Below are positions 48,039 to 60,369 of a stretch of 64,000 bases of DNA, piece by piece. The notes under the pieces are model-generated. The model saw nothing but the letters and a program-made list of their open reading frames with translations, was not told where the DNA came from and did not search any database. The stretch covers positions 62,001 to 126,000 of the forward strand of contig JAVKOQ020000009.1 in assembly GCA_031835245.2 (NCBI GenBank). The letters are read 5' to 3'. Position numbers and translations under genes: made by a program. The stretch is from Balamuthia mandrillaris. Its lineage: Eukaryota. How positions within the stretch are numbered: the stretch's first letter is position 1; every line of letters begins with the position of its first letter.

Positions 48039-49679
48039 GTAATATTTGTGAAACTAACTTGCTTATCGTACTGATTTTGTTAGAATTCATTGGACCCAGA
48101 AACATTTTTAGCTTCATTAGACTCTCAAAAGTTTTCAGAGGGTCGCAGTGGCAGTTTCTTCTGTTTCTCTCCCGACAAGTGCTTCATCATCAAAACCATT
48201 TCTCGCTCTGAGGCCAAACTCTTGGTCAGCATACTTCCTGATCTCTACCGCGTAAGTTATTTTCTTCCCTCTTTAATTCTCCTTCTTTTCTCCTTCCTCT
48301 AATATTTCAACAACACGCAAAAAATAAGTACATGGCAAATAATCCCGATTCTTTGTTGATGCGATTCTATGGCTGTCATTGTATTCGAATGCATTACGGA
48401 GACTCCATCTACGCCATTGTCATAGGCAACTCTTTTAACACTGACAAGAAGATGCATGAACGTTATGATCTCAAGGTTAGTTGTTGTTCTCTCGTCCTTG
48501 TTCCACAACGGAGAACAAAGTCATGGCTAATGGAGCGTTTTCATAAAATTCTAAAATAGGGGTCGTGGGTTCGCAGAGAGGTTGGAAAAGCACACATGGA
48601 AAATCCATCGGTGTTAGGCATGGACCTCGATCTGCAACGAATGGGCAGGAAAGTGATTGTTGCTCCTGAATTACGGCATAAACTCTTACAACAACTTATC
48701 AGCGATGCTCAGGTACTTATCTTTCTCTCTTTTAATGTTATGAAAAGATTAACGAACGTGAACATCAATAAACAGTTTTTGACAAGCTTAAATATCATGG
48801 ACTACAGTATATTGCTTGGGTATCATTTCACATGGAAAGCAAAAGAAGAGAGTGAGTTTGAATATCACAGCGCGAGCGACGATGAGGAACTAGAAGAGGA
48901 ACAAGGTATGTTGTCTTCGTTTCCCGTTCGCTTTCTTTAAAAACTTCTGTCCTCATTTTGTTTGAAACAGAGGACGCAGACAGAGAAATTAATGAAGCCA
49001 TCGTTATTCCTGGAGGTACACCCAACACCATGGGAGAGGAACTTCACAATCTAAGTTCGTCTTCTTTCCTACTATTCCTTCTATGTGCCTTCTTGTTTCC
49101 TGTTGACATTTCTTATTCTTCTTTTCATCTTTAGTTCTCTTCTCGTTCTTCTTGTTCTGTTCTTGTCTGATTCGGTTAATAAGGTTCGTTATCAACAGAA
49201 GTAAGCCCACGTCGACGGACATATCCATCACCTCAATCGCGTGGCGGAAGCAGCAGCGGCAAAGCGCATCGACCCAAACGGACTTCGAAGAGCGTGCCGT
49301 CATTGGATGGCAACGAGGAATACTTTATCAGCATCATCGACACGCTGCAGGCCTACGACTGGAACAAAAAGATTGAGCGTTGGCTCAAAGTGTGGATCTT
49401 CCGGAAGGACATGGTGCTTCATCTCTCTTCTCTCTTCGTCTTTCTCTTTCTTCTTAGCCTTCTCGTTGTTCCCTCTTCTCTACAATTCTCGTTTGCTCTC
49501 TGTATTGAAACCTTCCCTCTGTTTTTTTTTTTTAAAAGAATGGCGTGTCGGTACAGCCACCGCCCAAGTATGGCGCTCGTTTCATCGACTTTGCTGACAA
49601 ACTGATTCTATCGGGCTCTGGAGGAGGGTCCGAAGATATATTCCACTCGGTGAACGGTAACGCCTCTAATGCTGTTTGA
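45884..49679 (+). CDS. GPCR-PIP kinase fusion (RpkA/GK-type): 7TM receptor plus phosphatidylinositol-phosphate kinase, multi-exon
   Basis: cAR-like transmembrane helices (LSMIGSLGILV, LSFCDFMF, CIAQA, FYLPL, QGFANALVW); linker MKNGV; kinase motifs DYSPLVFQELR, GRSGSFF, IIKTI, YDLK|GS, MDYSILLG, IIDTLQAY, SVQPP.KY..RF. Confidence 0.92.
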
Positions 49680-49893
49680 AGAGCCACAACACAACAATAC
49701 CTCTACTCGTCTCCTCTCTCTACGTGTTAAAAAAAACATCTGGACCTCTTGAACCATTTTGTACTTTGCTCGTTTGTTCTTGGATAAAAACGCTTCGTAT
49801 TTATTACCTTCTTTCTTCTCTTTGACCCAAAAGCCACAGAGGAGAGGAGAGTGAAAGAAACAATTATTCGGTTGAAAAAAAAAGTGGCTTTGC

Positions 49894-51585
49894 ATGTATG
49901 GTTAGTATCTGACGTTGCCACCATCATAAACATTGCCACCATCATAGCGTCCATCATAGATGTTTCCTCCGTCGTATCGCCCGTCGTGGACGTCCCCTCC
50001 GTCATAGCGCCCATCGTAGATGTTGCCACCATCATAGACATTGCCACCATCATAGCGCCCATCGTAGATGTTGCCTCCGTCGTAGCGACCGTCATAAACG
50101 TTGCCTCCATCGTAGCGTCCATCGTAGACATCCCCTCCGTCGTAGCGGCCATCATAAACGTTGCCTCCATCATAGATGTTGCCTCCGTCGTAGACATCCC
50201 CTCCATCATAGACGTTGCCACCATCGTAGCCATCGTAGATGTTGTCACCACGAGGGCAACACAAGATGAACTCGAAGAAAGAGGCGGCGGAGCGTTTGTG
50301 AGAGAACTTCCACCCGGCAGCCCAGGCGTGCTCCCTCTCCACCACACGGCCATCCCTCGTCCTCACCACCTCCGCAAAGGCCGCGATCACCAAGGAGCCT
50401 CCGCAGCGAGCACCGCGAATGGAGTCCAGCTTGATCTTGATGGTGAAGCTCCTCACCTCGTCCAGCTTGGCCTTGAAGCGGAACTTCCGCACGTCCGGCG
50501 AGAAGATGTTGTCCCGTCGGCCATCGTGGCCGTAGATGTTTCCACCGCCAAACTTGCCATCGTAGATGTCACCGCCATCGTACTTGCCGTCGTAGACGTC
50601 CCCTCCATCATAGACGTTGCCACCATCGTACTTGCCATCGTAGATATTTCCACCATCATAGATGTTTCCACCATCATATTTGCCATCATAGATGTTGCCA
50701 CCGTCGTACTGGCCATCGTAGATGTTGCCACCATCGTATTTGCCGTCGTATACGTTGCTGCCGTCGTACTTGCCGTCGTAGATGTTTCCTCCATCATACT
50801 TGCCATCGTAGATGTTTCCGCCGTCGTATTGGCCGTCGTAGATGTTTCCTCCATCATATTTGCCATCGTAGATGTTTCCTCCATCGTACTTGCCGTCGTA
50901 GATGTTGCCACCGTCGTACTTTCCGTCATAGATATTTCCACCGTCATAGATGTTTCCACCGTCGTACTTGCCGTCGTAGATATCCCCACCATCATACTTG
51001 CCGTCGTAGATGTTGCCTCCACCATAAAAGTCATCGTGGAAGCGGATCCTGGGGATGTCAAAGATATTGCGACCCACGTGAAGGTTGACCTTGGTGAGCT
51101 TCCAACGGTCCTCCCCGCGGAAGGTCACCCAAAGGAACTCATCGTCATTGCGCACAAACACGTTGCCCACCTTCCTGCCCCGGTCCGTCAGAAGGCGGGT
51201 GGAGAAGCACTTGGGGCAGTGTTGCAGGTCGGAGGAGGAGGAGGAGTAGGAGGTGGAGGCCTCGCTGGAGGCAGAGTAGAGAATGAGAGTGAGGTAAAGA
51301 ACCAGCCCCGTCAAAATGGCTTTCCTGTTCTTCATTGTTGTTGTTGGTTGGTTGGTGAATGAAAGCCTCTTCTCTGCTTCTTCTTCTCCTTTTGTCTTGT
51401 GTTTGTTATTTGTTGTTTTTGTTGTGTTGTTGATAAAGGAAGACTGCGAGAAGGTGGTATTTATGGTGGAGGCGGGTTGAGGTTCCTTTTGTTCGGTTTT
51501 TGTGGTCGTTTGGGGAAGGGGACATGGTCTTTGGTCGTTCGTTTCTCCTCCACGAAACTTCACATGGTGATATCTTGTTTCAAGC
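49894..51585. repeat. Segmental duplication arm 2 (inverted copy of about 22307-23924)
   Basis: Reverse-complement identity with arm 1 across promoter and CDS. Confidence 0.92.
49902..51335 (-). CDS. Secreted Tyr/Asp/Gly tandem-repeat protein, copy 2, intronless, 477 aa
   Basis: Same signal peptide and domains as 22582-23916, with different repeat numbers. ATG at 51335. Confidence 0.9.
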   Translation of the reverse strand: MKNRKAILTGLVLYLTLILYSASSEASTSYSSSSSDLQHCPKCFSTRLLTDRGRKVGNVFVRNDDEFLWVTFRGEDRWKLTKVNLHVGRNIFDIPRIRFHDDFYGGGNIYDGKYDGGDIYDGKYDGGNIYDGGNIYDGKYDGGNIYDGKYDGGNIYDGKYDGGNIYDGQYDGGNIYDGKYDGGNIYDGKYDGSNVYDGKYDGGNIYDGQYDGGNIYDGKYDGGNIYDGGNIYDGKYDGGNVYDGGDVYDGKYDGGDIYDGKFGGGNIYGHDGRRDNIFSPDVRKFRFKAKLDEVRSFTIKIKLDSIRGARCGGSLVIAAFAEVVRTRDGRVVEREHAWAAGWKFSHKRSAASFFEFILCCPRGDNIYDGYDGGNVYDGGDVYDGGNIYDGGNVYDGRYDGGDVYDGRYDGGNVYDGRYDGGNIYDGRYDGGNVYDGGNIYDGRYDGGDVHDGRYDGGNIYDGRYDGGNVYDGGNVRY

Positions 51586-52116
51586 ATTACACATGAACAT
51601 GTGCGGGGACGCCCATACAAGGGCGTTTCATATTAGTTCATTTACTCCCCAAAAAACTACGAGAAAATTCTGCAATGCACATATGCCTCATTTCCTCCAT
51701 ACCCACACAACAAGCTACCTCCTTATTAACACGGAAAAGTTATGGACACCGATTAGACCCATCCCCCCTTTCGACACGCAGCAAGGAGAGAGGGGAGCTC
51801 TGTTCTTCGTGTCCAGAATCTCAACCAGATTACTGTTTTATTGTCGACAGATCGGAGATTTCGTGTGGAGAAATTGAGAAAGAAAATGTCGACATGAAAG
51901 TTTATAAACGTCGACATTGTCTGCAACAATGTCACACGACACGAGAAAAGCAAAACCACCATTCCAATCAAGCTCTTTCCTGCTCCCAATGCCTTCTCAC
52001 GACTTGCCTTGGTTGCCCTTCTTCCGCCTCTTCTTCTGCCGCCAAACACAGCAAACATCACATCCATAGAGCAAGCCGGGAACAAAGAAGTGGGGCAATG
52101 CAGGCTTCTTCGGCAA

Positions 52117-52242
52117 AAAGAAAGAAAGAAACGACAAGAAAGAAACGACAAGAAAGAAAGAAAGAAAGAAACGACAAGAAAGAAAGAAAGAAACGACAAG
52201 AAAGAAAGAAAGAATGAAAGAAAGAATGAAAGAAAGAAAGAA

Positions 52243-52326
<84 letters not shown>

Positions 52327-52335
52327 ATGAAAGAA
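52117..52335. repeat. (AAAG)n microsatellite downstream of the LRR-PP2C gene
   Basis: Direct reading of the sequence. Confidence 0.95.
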
Positions 52336-52469
52336 ACAACGAGAGTAAACAGGAATTGCTTTTTTTTTTTTTGGATTGATTACAAAGATAGCTGTAAATA
52401 TCATACAGCAAAAAAAGAATAGGTGTTTTTTGTTTGTTTGTCTCTCTTCATTTCCCAGCTTTTCCGTTA

Positions 52470-55400
52470 TTATAGGCAAATGACCACCACTGTGATGTTG
52501 TCTTGCGACTTGGAGAGGGAGGCTTTGATCAGACGTTTGGCCATGTCCTCCGCTGTCGGTTCCTTCTTGATGAGATCCATCACGTATTGGGGTGAGCAAA
52601 AATCCCAAAGCTGATTGTTTTGAATAAAAGAAGATTATTCATAAATAAATCATTTAAAAAAAGATAAAGAAACGACAAGAAAGCAAGCAAGCAAGCAAGC
52701 AAGAAAGCAAGAAAGAAAAGACAAGAAAGAAAGAAAGAAACGACAAGAAAGAAATGACAAGAAAGGACCAAAAAAGAAAACGTACGCCATCCGAAGCAAG
52801 AACGATATGAGTGTCCTCCTCTCCCAACAAAAAGGGCTCGCTGCTATAAGGCGCGCCAAGCATGCCGCTGTTGGTGTCCTTTGCAAAGTGGTCGCCGAGG
52901 ACGCGCGTCACGCCCACGCCGCTGATGCGGGTCTGCCCCTCATTCAGCCAGACGCCTGCCGAGATGATGCGCCCCCGCTCGTAGGTGTTTGTTAGCTTGT
53001 GTTCCGTTGTCATCGCCACCGCTTTTCCTTTTCGACTGGAATGGAAGAATAAAGAAGGAGAATAAGAGATGATACCAGAAGGAAAGAACAATGAGTAAGA
53101 AAATTAGAAGAAAATGAAAAGGATAACGATCACAGGAAGAGATGGAGAGAGTAGAGAGAAAAGAGAGGAGGAGAGAGAGGGAGACAGGAAGGAAGAACTA
53201 ACCATAGAAAAGCAGAGGAATCGCCAACGTTGGCCGCTTGGGCGTAACGTTGTCCGTCAGCCTTCCACAGGAAGACGGCAGTGGCGGTGGTGCCCTCGTA
53301 CTGAAACTCAGCCATTTGATCATCCACTCGCAGAAAGCTCAAATGGAATGTTTCTGTGTGATCTGTTATCGCTCCTTTTTTCTTTTCCTCTTTCTTCCGT
53401 TGCTTCAATTGCTTTCGAAACTCCTGAAAAAATAAAAATAGTTAAGAATAGTAAATCACAAAAAATAAACAAACTTCAGAGGAATCAAAAAAATTAAAAA
53501 GTAAAAAGAGAGTAGGATGAAAAGATGGAAGAGTACCTCAGGAAAGAGCCGAGTGGCAGCAAGGGAAGCATCTTTACCAGCATGACCATCAAATACACAA
53601 AACAAGGCACAATCCTTGTCATTGAAAAACGGATAATGTACACAATGTGCGTCCTAATAATAACAATGTTAGAATAACTTAATTAAAAATACAAATACAA
53701 ATACAAATACAAATAAAGAAAAGAAAAGAAAAGAAAAGAAAAGAAAAGAAAAGAAAAGAAAAGAAAAGAAAAGAAAAGAAAAGAAAAGAAAAGAAAAGAA
53801 AAGAAAAGAAAGAAAAGAAAAGAAAAAGAAAAAGAAAAGATGCAAGAGAGAAGGATAAAGACAGACCTCTTGCTGTGCAGGATCTTTCTTTGCTTTTATG
53901 AGACCAGCCTTATTGAGCTCCTCAGCTGCAAAAAAGTCGCTCAAAACGGGCCGCGCGCTTGCTCCTTTGTTGCCCTTTTTCGCCTCTCCTTGTTGCTTCT
54001 CCTTTCCTTTATCCTTTGATTGTTTCTTATTAAGCTTCTCGTCACCTTTTTCCTCTTCCTCATCATCGCTTACTTCATGCCTTTCCGTGCATGTCTCCGT
54101 TTCTGTCCATTCTTCATCTGCTCCGCCTAGTCCTCCTCCGTCCATCAATCCCTCTCCTCCTCTCGTCAAGAATTCCGGCAACTTGAAAGACTTTGGCAAA
54201 GTCAAAGCCATCAAATCTTTGTCTGCCCCAAAAGAAGAAGCAGCCGAAGTGGAGGAAGAAGAAGTAGCAGCAGTAGGAATAGCAGAGGAAGAGTTGTTGG
54301 CCTCATTAAACATGTCAAGAATGCCGCCTTCCGTGAGCAAAGAGCGGCTGCCAAAACCGGGAGCTCCTTCCAGGCCTGGATTGGTACGTTTGGCATCGTC
54401 TGAGGAGGAGGGCTGCTCCCCGATCTTGAAGTTGGGGATGTGAGAGAACTTGTCCCATACTTCCGTCCATTTTTTGGAGTTGCCCAAATCCATTGGGTTC
54501 TTTTCCAGGTCTAGCTCTACTAGTTTTCTTAGTTTCTGTATCAGGAAGAGAGAAGAGCAGCAGAGGTATTAATCAACTGGACGAAAGAACCTTGGTGTAA
54601 AGAAATAAGAGAGAGATACCTTAAGGACATCGGGCACAGAACTCAATTTGTTATTTTTGAGATAGAGCTTCTCAAGATCAGCGAGTTCACCCAGCTCAGA
54701 AGGAACGTCAGAGATAAGGTTGTTACTCAGGTACAAAGTACGCAATGCAGACATCTTCTTTATCGACTTTGGTACGTTTGTTATCTAGGATAAGAAAAGT
54801 CAGCTATATCAGACAAAGGCAGGAACAAACAAAACAAAAAAAATAAGAACAAGAAGCATACTCTGTTTTGTTCCAGGTCAAGTTCCCGAAGGGAAGCCAT
54901 GTCAGTAACCTGATCCGGGAATGCCGCAAAGTTGTTATATCCCAATGACAATCGCGTCAACGAGCTCAGCCGTCTCAAATCATCCGGAAGGCCGCTAAGG
55001 CAATTATGCTGCAAGTCCAGCTCCAACAAGGCGGAGAGGGCTCCCATGGGCGGGATGGTCTTAAGCTGGTTGCCGCGGGCATCAAACACCTGCAGGGCCT
55101 CCAGCTTGTTGATTTCCGCTGGCACTTTGATAAGATGGTTATAGCGCACGCTGAGTAGCTGCAGCTTCTTGAGATGGCCGATCTCAGGGGGCAAACTGGC
55201 GATCCGGTTGTAGCGCAGCATGAGCTTGGTCAGGGCGGTCATCTTCTTGACCGTGCTGGGGTTGAGGTCCACTAGGCGATTGCTGCGCAAGTCCAGAATA
55301 GAGAGGTTGGGCAGGTGGCCCAGCGCCTTGGGTAGATGTTGTAGTAGGTTGTTGTTCAGGCCCAGCGCGAACATCTTGTTTAGTTTTCCTATTTTGTGGT

Positions 55401-56020
55401 TTGTTAGAGAGCATGAGAATAGGCACTCACCCAGAAACACAAACAACAAAACAAAACAAAACAAAACAAAACAAAACAAAACAAAAGCAAGCAGAGCAAA
55501 GCAATCTGAAAGGACGAGCAGAGAGGAGGAAAAAAAAAACAAATAACAAGCAAAAGAAAAAGAAAAGCTCACCAAAGTTCTTGGGCAGGTCTTCCAGTTG
55601 GTTGTGGGACATGCTGAGCATCTCCAGGTTGGTCATGTAATACATTTCAGGGGGCAGCTTGGCCAAGGTCAGCTCCTGCCGGCTGACGTCCAGCTGGACG
55701 GTGGCCCTCAGCTGAGCCAACAGCTCCGCTCGGCTCTCCTCTGTTTCTTCCTCGGATTCGTCGCTGTCGTTGGCGCGTTGTGTTTGAGTTGCTGGTTGTT
55801 GCTGTTGTGCTGTGGAGGATGAGGGGCTTCGTGGAGACCTGTACTCTCCACTCGTGTCTCCGACGGCTGCGGCCGTCTCGCTTCCTCCCTTTTCTTTTTT
55901 CCTGGGGCTCTTCTTCTTCTTCTTGGCGTCTGACGAGGACTCAGCAGAAGGAGCAGAGAGTTCGGATCGGCGAGGGCTCTTCCCTTCTTTCGTTGTTGCT
56001 TTCTTATCTTTCTTCTCCAT
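52470..56020 (-). CDS. Leucine-rich-repeat plus PP2C (PPM) phosphatase, multi-exon
   Basis: Many LxxLxLxxNxL repeats. PP2C motifs FDGHAG, EGTTAT, ANVGDS, TRVLGD, LASDG, DNITVVV. Confidence 0.92.
53715..53839. repeat. (AAAAG)n microsatellite in an LRR-PP2C intron
   Basis: Direct reading of the sequence. Confidence 0.95.
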
Positions 56021-56597
56021 TTTGTGTTGTTGTTCGGCGTTTCTTTCTTCTCTCGTCGGATCCGGTTGGAGATTTTCCCAGGGACAAAATCAAAGCCAAA
56101 TGAGGTTTTTGTTTGTTGAGTTGGAAGTTTAACTGTTCAAATTCCAACAAAAAGCAAAAAAAAAAAACAAAGGTACTGGAAGAGAGAGAGAGTTGGAAAG
56201 AAGAACCTCTGCTAATCAAAAAAAGTAGTGGTGCCCCAATGGATTAAATAGTTAGAAACAGATATGACAACAACAAAAAAAAGGGGAGGGAAAAAAAAGA
56301 CTCCAAAAAAAAAATAAATAATAAAACGTACCCAAAATAATCGTATAAGCTGATGTTTTCTAACAACAACAAAAAAAAAAGCAAGCAAGCAAAAAGGGAA
56401 AGACTCCCTTTGTTGTTGTTACCGCTTTTTTTTGGGGGGTCTGTCTTTCTTCTCTCTCTCTCTCTTTTTTTCTCTTTCTTTCGCGTCGGGCGCTGTGCGG
56501 CTGCTGTCCTGTTTGCTTTTTTTCGGCTTTCATTACGGGGATGGACGTGAGAGAGGACGGTATCCAAGTGGATGGACGCGAGAGCACTTTACTATTT

Positions 56598-56642
56598 GTC
56601 GACATAACAGGTTTGTGTCGACATGATCGATTTTCTGTCGAC
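56598..56642. promoter_or_regulatory. Triple TGTCGAC motif upstream of the LRR-PP2C gene
   Basis: GTCGAC at 56598, 56617 and 56637, spaced about 19-20 bp apart. The same motif recurs upstream of many genes in the window. Confidence 0.5.
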
Positions 56643-56675
56643 TATCTACTTTTATTTTTCTTTATTTTTTTTTTG

Positions 56676-57178
56676 CTATCTGTTTACAGAGAGAGGAGCA
56701 TTCTCCTCAAAGGCGTAGCCAGAGCCACGAAGCGCTCCGCCGCCCTCGGAGAAGTAGTCCGGCCGGTGATTGGGCTGGCGGGGCAGCAGGAGGGACACCT
56801 CATCCTCCGGCAGGACGGCCCCTCCCGCGCTGAACACCACCTCCTCTGTGTACTGTCCCGGCATGTGCAAGGTTCCTAATAAATCCTGTTGTCGTGGAGG
56901 CGGTTGGGTTGGTGGTTCTTGTTTAATGCCAAAAACAAGAAAAAAAAATAAAAGAAAGAACAGAAAAGAAAAGAAAAGAAAAGAAAAGAAAAGAAAAGCA
57001 AAGAAAAGAAAAGAAACAAACGACAAGAAAGAAAAAAGAAAGAAAAGCAAACGAGAACAAGAATAAGAACGAGAACAATAACAATAACAATAACAACAAC
57101 AACAACAATAACAACAACAACAACAACAACAACAAGAACAACAACAACAACAACAACAATAACAACAACAACAACAAG

Positions 57179-57261
<83 letters not shown>

Positions 57262-57780
57262 GCAAAGAAGAAAAAGAAAAAGAAGAAGAAGAAGAAGAAG
57301 AAGAAGAAGAAGAAGAAGAAGAAGAAGAACCACAACAACAACAAACCCTCAACTGCATGGCCTGTCTGCCTCCATCCGAAACACAACCAGACCATACCCT
57401 TGCCCATGCCCCTTGTGTCCGTGATACCGCCTTTCCACAAACAAACAAACAAAAAACAGTGTGTTGGTGCATTACAAGTGCACACCCCCCAAAAAAAACA
57501 CAAAAAAGTAACGAACCACCACCAAAATGTTCTCATCACTGCGCTCCACAGTGACGTCCACTTTGTCCGTGCCACCCCCACAGCAGCAGTAGCACAGAGC
57601 GCCGCAGCAGCCGCTTTGCACGATGGCGTCGAAGCCCAGCACCTCGTCGTCAAAGGAGGTCAGCTTCCAGCCGGGCAGCTCCGTGGCCCCTCTTTTGAGG
57701 TTCTCGTAGAGGTCCACGGGGTCCAGCCCGCTGCCCCCTGGGAAGGTGTATTTCAGCGAGACGGAGGGAACGGCTCCCAT
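56676..57780 (-). CDS. Small protein with a possible myristoylation site and Cys cluster, weakly DUF1499-like, about 3 exons
   Basis: MGAVPS start; FDAIVQSGCCGALCYCCCGGGTDKVDV; AVSRTQG...SDGG; GC-rich exons separated by microsatellite introns. Confidence 0.55.
57074..57328. repeat. Compound (AAC)n/(AAG)n microsatellite, intronic
   Basis: Direct reading of the sequence. Confidence 0.95.
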
Positions 57781-58065
57781 GGGGAGGGGAGAAGCGTTCG
57801 AGGAGGGGAAGGAAAGGCGGTGCAGCGAAGGTAGTTTCGATGCCACTACTCCTAACGTCTTTTTCTCTCTTTTTCTTTGCAATTTTCTTCCATATTTTTC
57901 TCTGTCGACAGATAATCAAATTAATAAATTCATTGCTCACGGATATTTGCTTTTAATGGTACTATCCTCCGGTGATAATGTCGACAACGAACAGTAATGT
58001 CGTCATGAGCTAATGGCTAATCACGTCGTCATGATGATTGCAATGAGGAAGAAAAGAACCAACAG

Positions 58066-58830
58066 ATGAACGAAGAGGAAAACAAGCGGCTAACAGAGGT
58101 AGCGGAGGCGGTGGAGGAGCCAGAGGAAGAAAGGGACCTTCGAGGAGAACCGCCGACACTCCGACCACCCCGAGAGGAAGAAGAAGCAGAAGAATCAACC
58201 ATAGTTGAAAATGGAACCCTAGCGATGGGACATCGCGTGTCCTCCGGACAGAAGCAGCGATTCTTCCGGGTGCGGCGCGGCTTCGCCAAGGACGAGTGCA
58301 TGTTTGTGCGCCAGGTCTTTCAAAGCGCTGGATGGAGGGAGACCAACACGGAAGGTCCCTGGTGGCACCTCACCTGGGCGGCTCGTTACACCCCGGCCGA
58401 CTATGCCGGTATGAAACCTTACCAAAAGGTTTTTTTTTTCGTTCGCTCGCTCTTCCTTTCTTGTAGTTCTTTCTTGTCGTTGCTTTCTCTCTTTCATTCA
58501 TTCCTTCTTGTTGTTTCCGTTTGCTCCATCTGTACTCCTGGATGACTAACAACGCACTCTCATTTTTCAAAAAGGTGAATGTGTTGCCAGCCATGCCAGA
58601 GATATGCCGGAAGGACCTGTTGCACAAGAACATCCAACGGAGGAGGCAACAATTGGGAGAGGAGGCCTTTGCCTTTTGGCCCAAAGGCTTTTTGCTGGAG
58701 GAGGAGGAGCAGTTTCAAGAGTTTCAACAGCTGTTCCTTCCGGATAACATCGCGAAGAACAGCGGTGATAAGCCTGTCTACATCATTAAACTGCCTCTCA
58801 CTGCCAATGGAAAAGGTTTTTGTGCTCTCT

Positions 58831-58874
<44 letters not shown>

Positions 58875-59850
58875 TTTCGAGCACTTCTTTCTCTAAATTC
58901 TTCATTTACATTCTTCTCTCTCTTGTTGGTGTGTGAATAGGAGTCCATCTCGTAACATGTGCAGAGGAAGTGGCGGCTCTCAAAGGAGAAGACTCCGTCT
59001 GCTATCCGCTCGAAAAGAAGCATCCACTAGCCCAAGAGTACATCAAGGACGTGATGCTGGTGGACGGCTTCAAGGTGACCCTTCGAGTCTACGTCGCCAT
59101 CACCTCTTTCGACCCCTTGCGCATTTATGTCTATCCCAATGGCCTCGTTCGTATGTGCAGCCAACGATACTCGTTGGACTCGTTTGAGGATGCATGTGCC
59201 CATATCGATAGCTTTGAGCTCAATCAACACTATGAAGCAGAGTTTCAACAACGGGTTTCTCCGTCACTTCGACATGATGGACTTCGGTGGTTAGTTTGAT
59301 TTTGTTGTTTTCAGTTGTCATTTTGCTTATGGTTAAGAATCTTTTTTCTCTCTTGAATAGTGATATAAAGTATTTTATGGAAGTGATGAAAGAGGAACAA
59401 GGAATGGACACGGACAAGCTGTGGCGCGACATAAAGTACGCTGTTGCCATGTGCGTCGTCTCTGCGGAGGACGTCATGAGCAATTGGGTTTGCAAACTCG
59501 TCAAACATCGGTTTGTTTACTTTCTTGCTTTGTTTTGTTTTTGTTTGTTTTTTTTTTTTTTTGGTTCTTTGCTTCTTTTCTCCAATTTTGTTAATGCCAT
59601 GTTTGACGATGAGAACAGAGCAAACGCTTTTGAGATTTTGGGTTACGACGTGTTAGTAAGCAACTCAGGAGAGGTCTTCATATTGGAGGTCAACCATACG
59701 CCGTCGTTGTGCCCTCACACGGCGCTAGAAAACGAGATCAAGGTAAACATGTTGACGGAGCTGTACACCCTTGTCGGTTGTTTCCAGCCGGAAGTTTGTC
59801 CAGCCACCACCAGCAGGATAGTTGGTGACAAATGGGCAGCATTGGAACGG

Positions 59851-59897
<47 letters not shown>

Positions 59898-60273
59898 ATT
59901 CTGATTTCTGTTAACACAAACAAAAGGAGAAAAGAAAGACAAGAAGAAATGATCATTCGCGGCTTTGATCTCTCTCGCATCCAAACCAAACAGGATCTCT
60001 GGGTTATTGTTGACAGCGAGCTGGAGGTTTTTCAACTTCTCTCTCTTCTCTCGCTCTCTTCTCGTTCTCTCTCTCTTCTCCTCGCTCTCTTCTCGTTCTC
60101 TCTCCACTAACAAAAACGAAAAGGCGGAACGATGCGGCAGTTTCGAAAGAGTGGTCCCAGCAAGGAGCAACCTAAAGGAAGACAGCATCGTCCCAACTGA
60201 GTACTTGCTGCCCAACAGGAACCTCCTGTTGGCGGATTGGACCTCCTCTGGTCTTTCTTTGGATGATATTTAA
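58066..60273 (+). CDS. Tubulin-tyrosine ligase-like (TTLL) ATP-grasp protein, multi-exon
   Basis: QK|VNVLP.M.EICRK, WPKGF, YIIK, QEYI, KVTLRVYVAITSFDPLRIYVY..GLVRM, FEILGYDVL, LEVNHTPSL. Confidence 0.92.
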
Positions 60274-60369
60274 CAACAACTTATTATTTACACGGTTTTA
60301 TTTATTTTATCTACAAAAACAAAAATAACAAAAGAGAAGTATCTACAGAAGACAATATGCTTTCGTTCA

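Noticed and set aside
23925..49893. Block between the inverted arms as a composite transposon or virus-like element
   Set aside because: It contains ordinary intron-bearing housekeeping genes. No transposase, integrase, capsid gene or target-site duplication was seen.
56876..57330. Poly-Cys 'metallothionein-like' ORF
   Set aside because: It derives from a (TTG)n microsatellite inside an intron.
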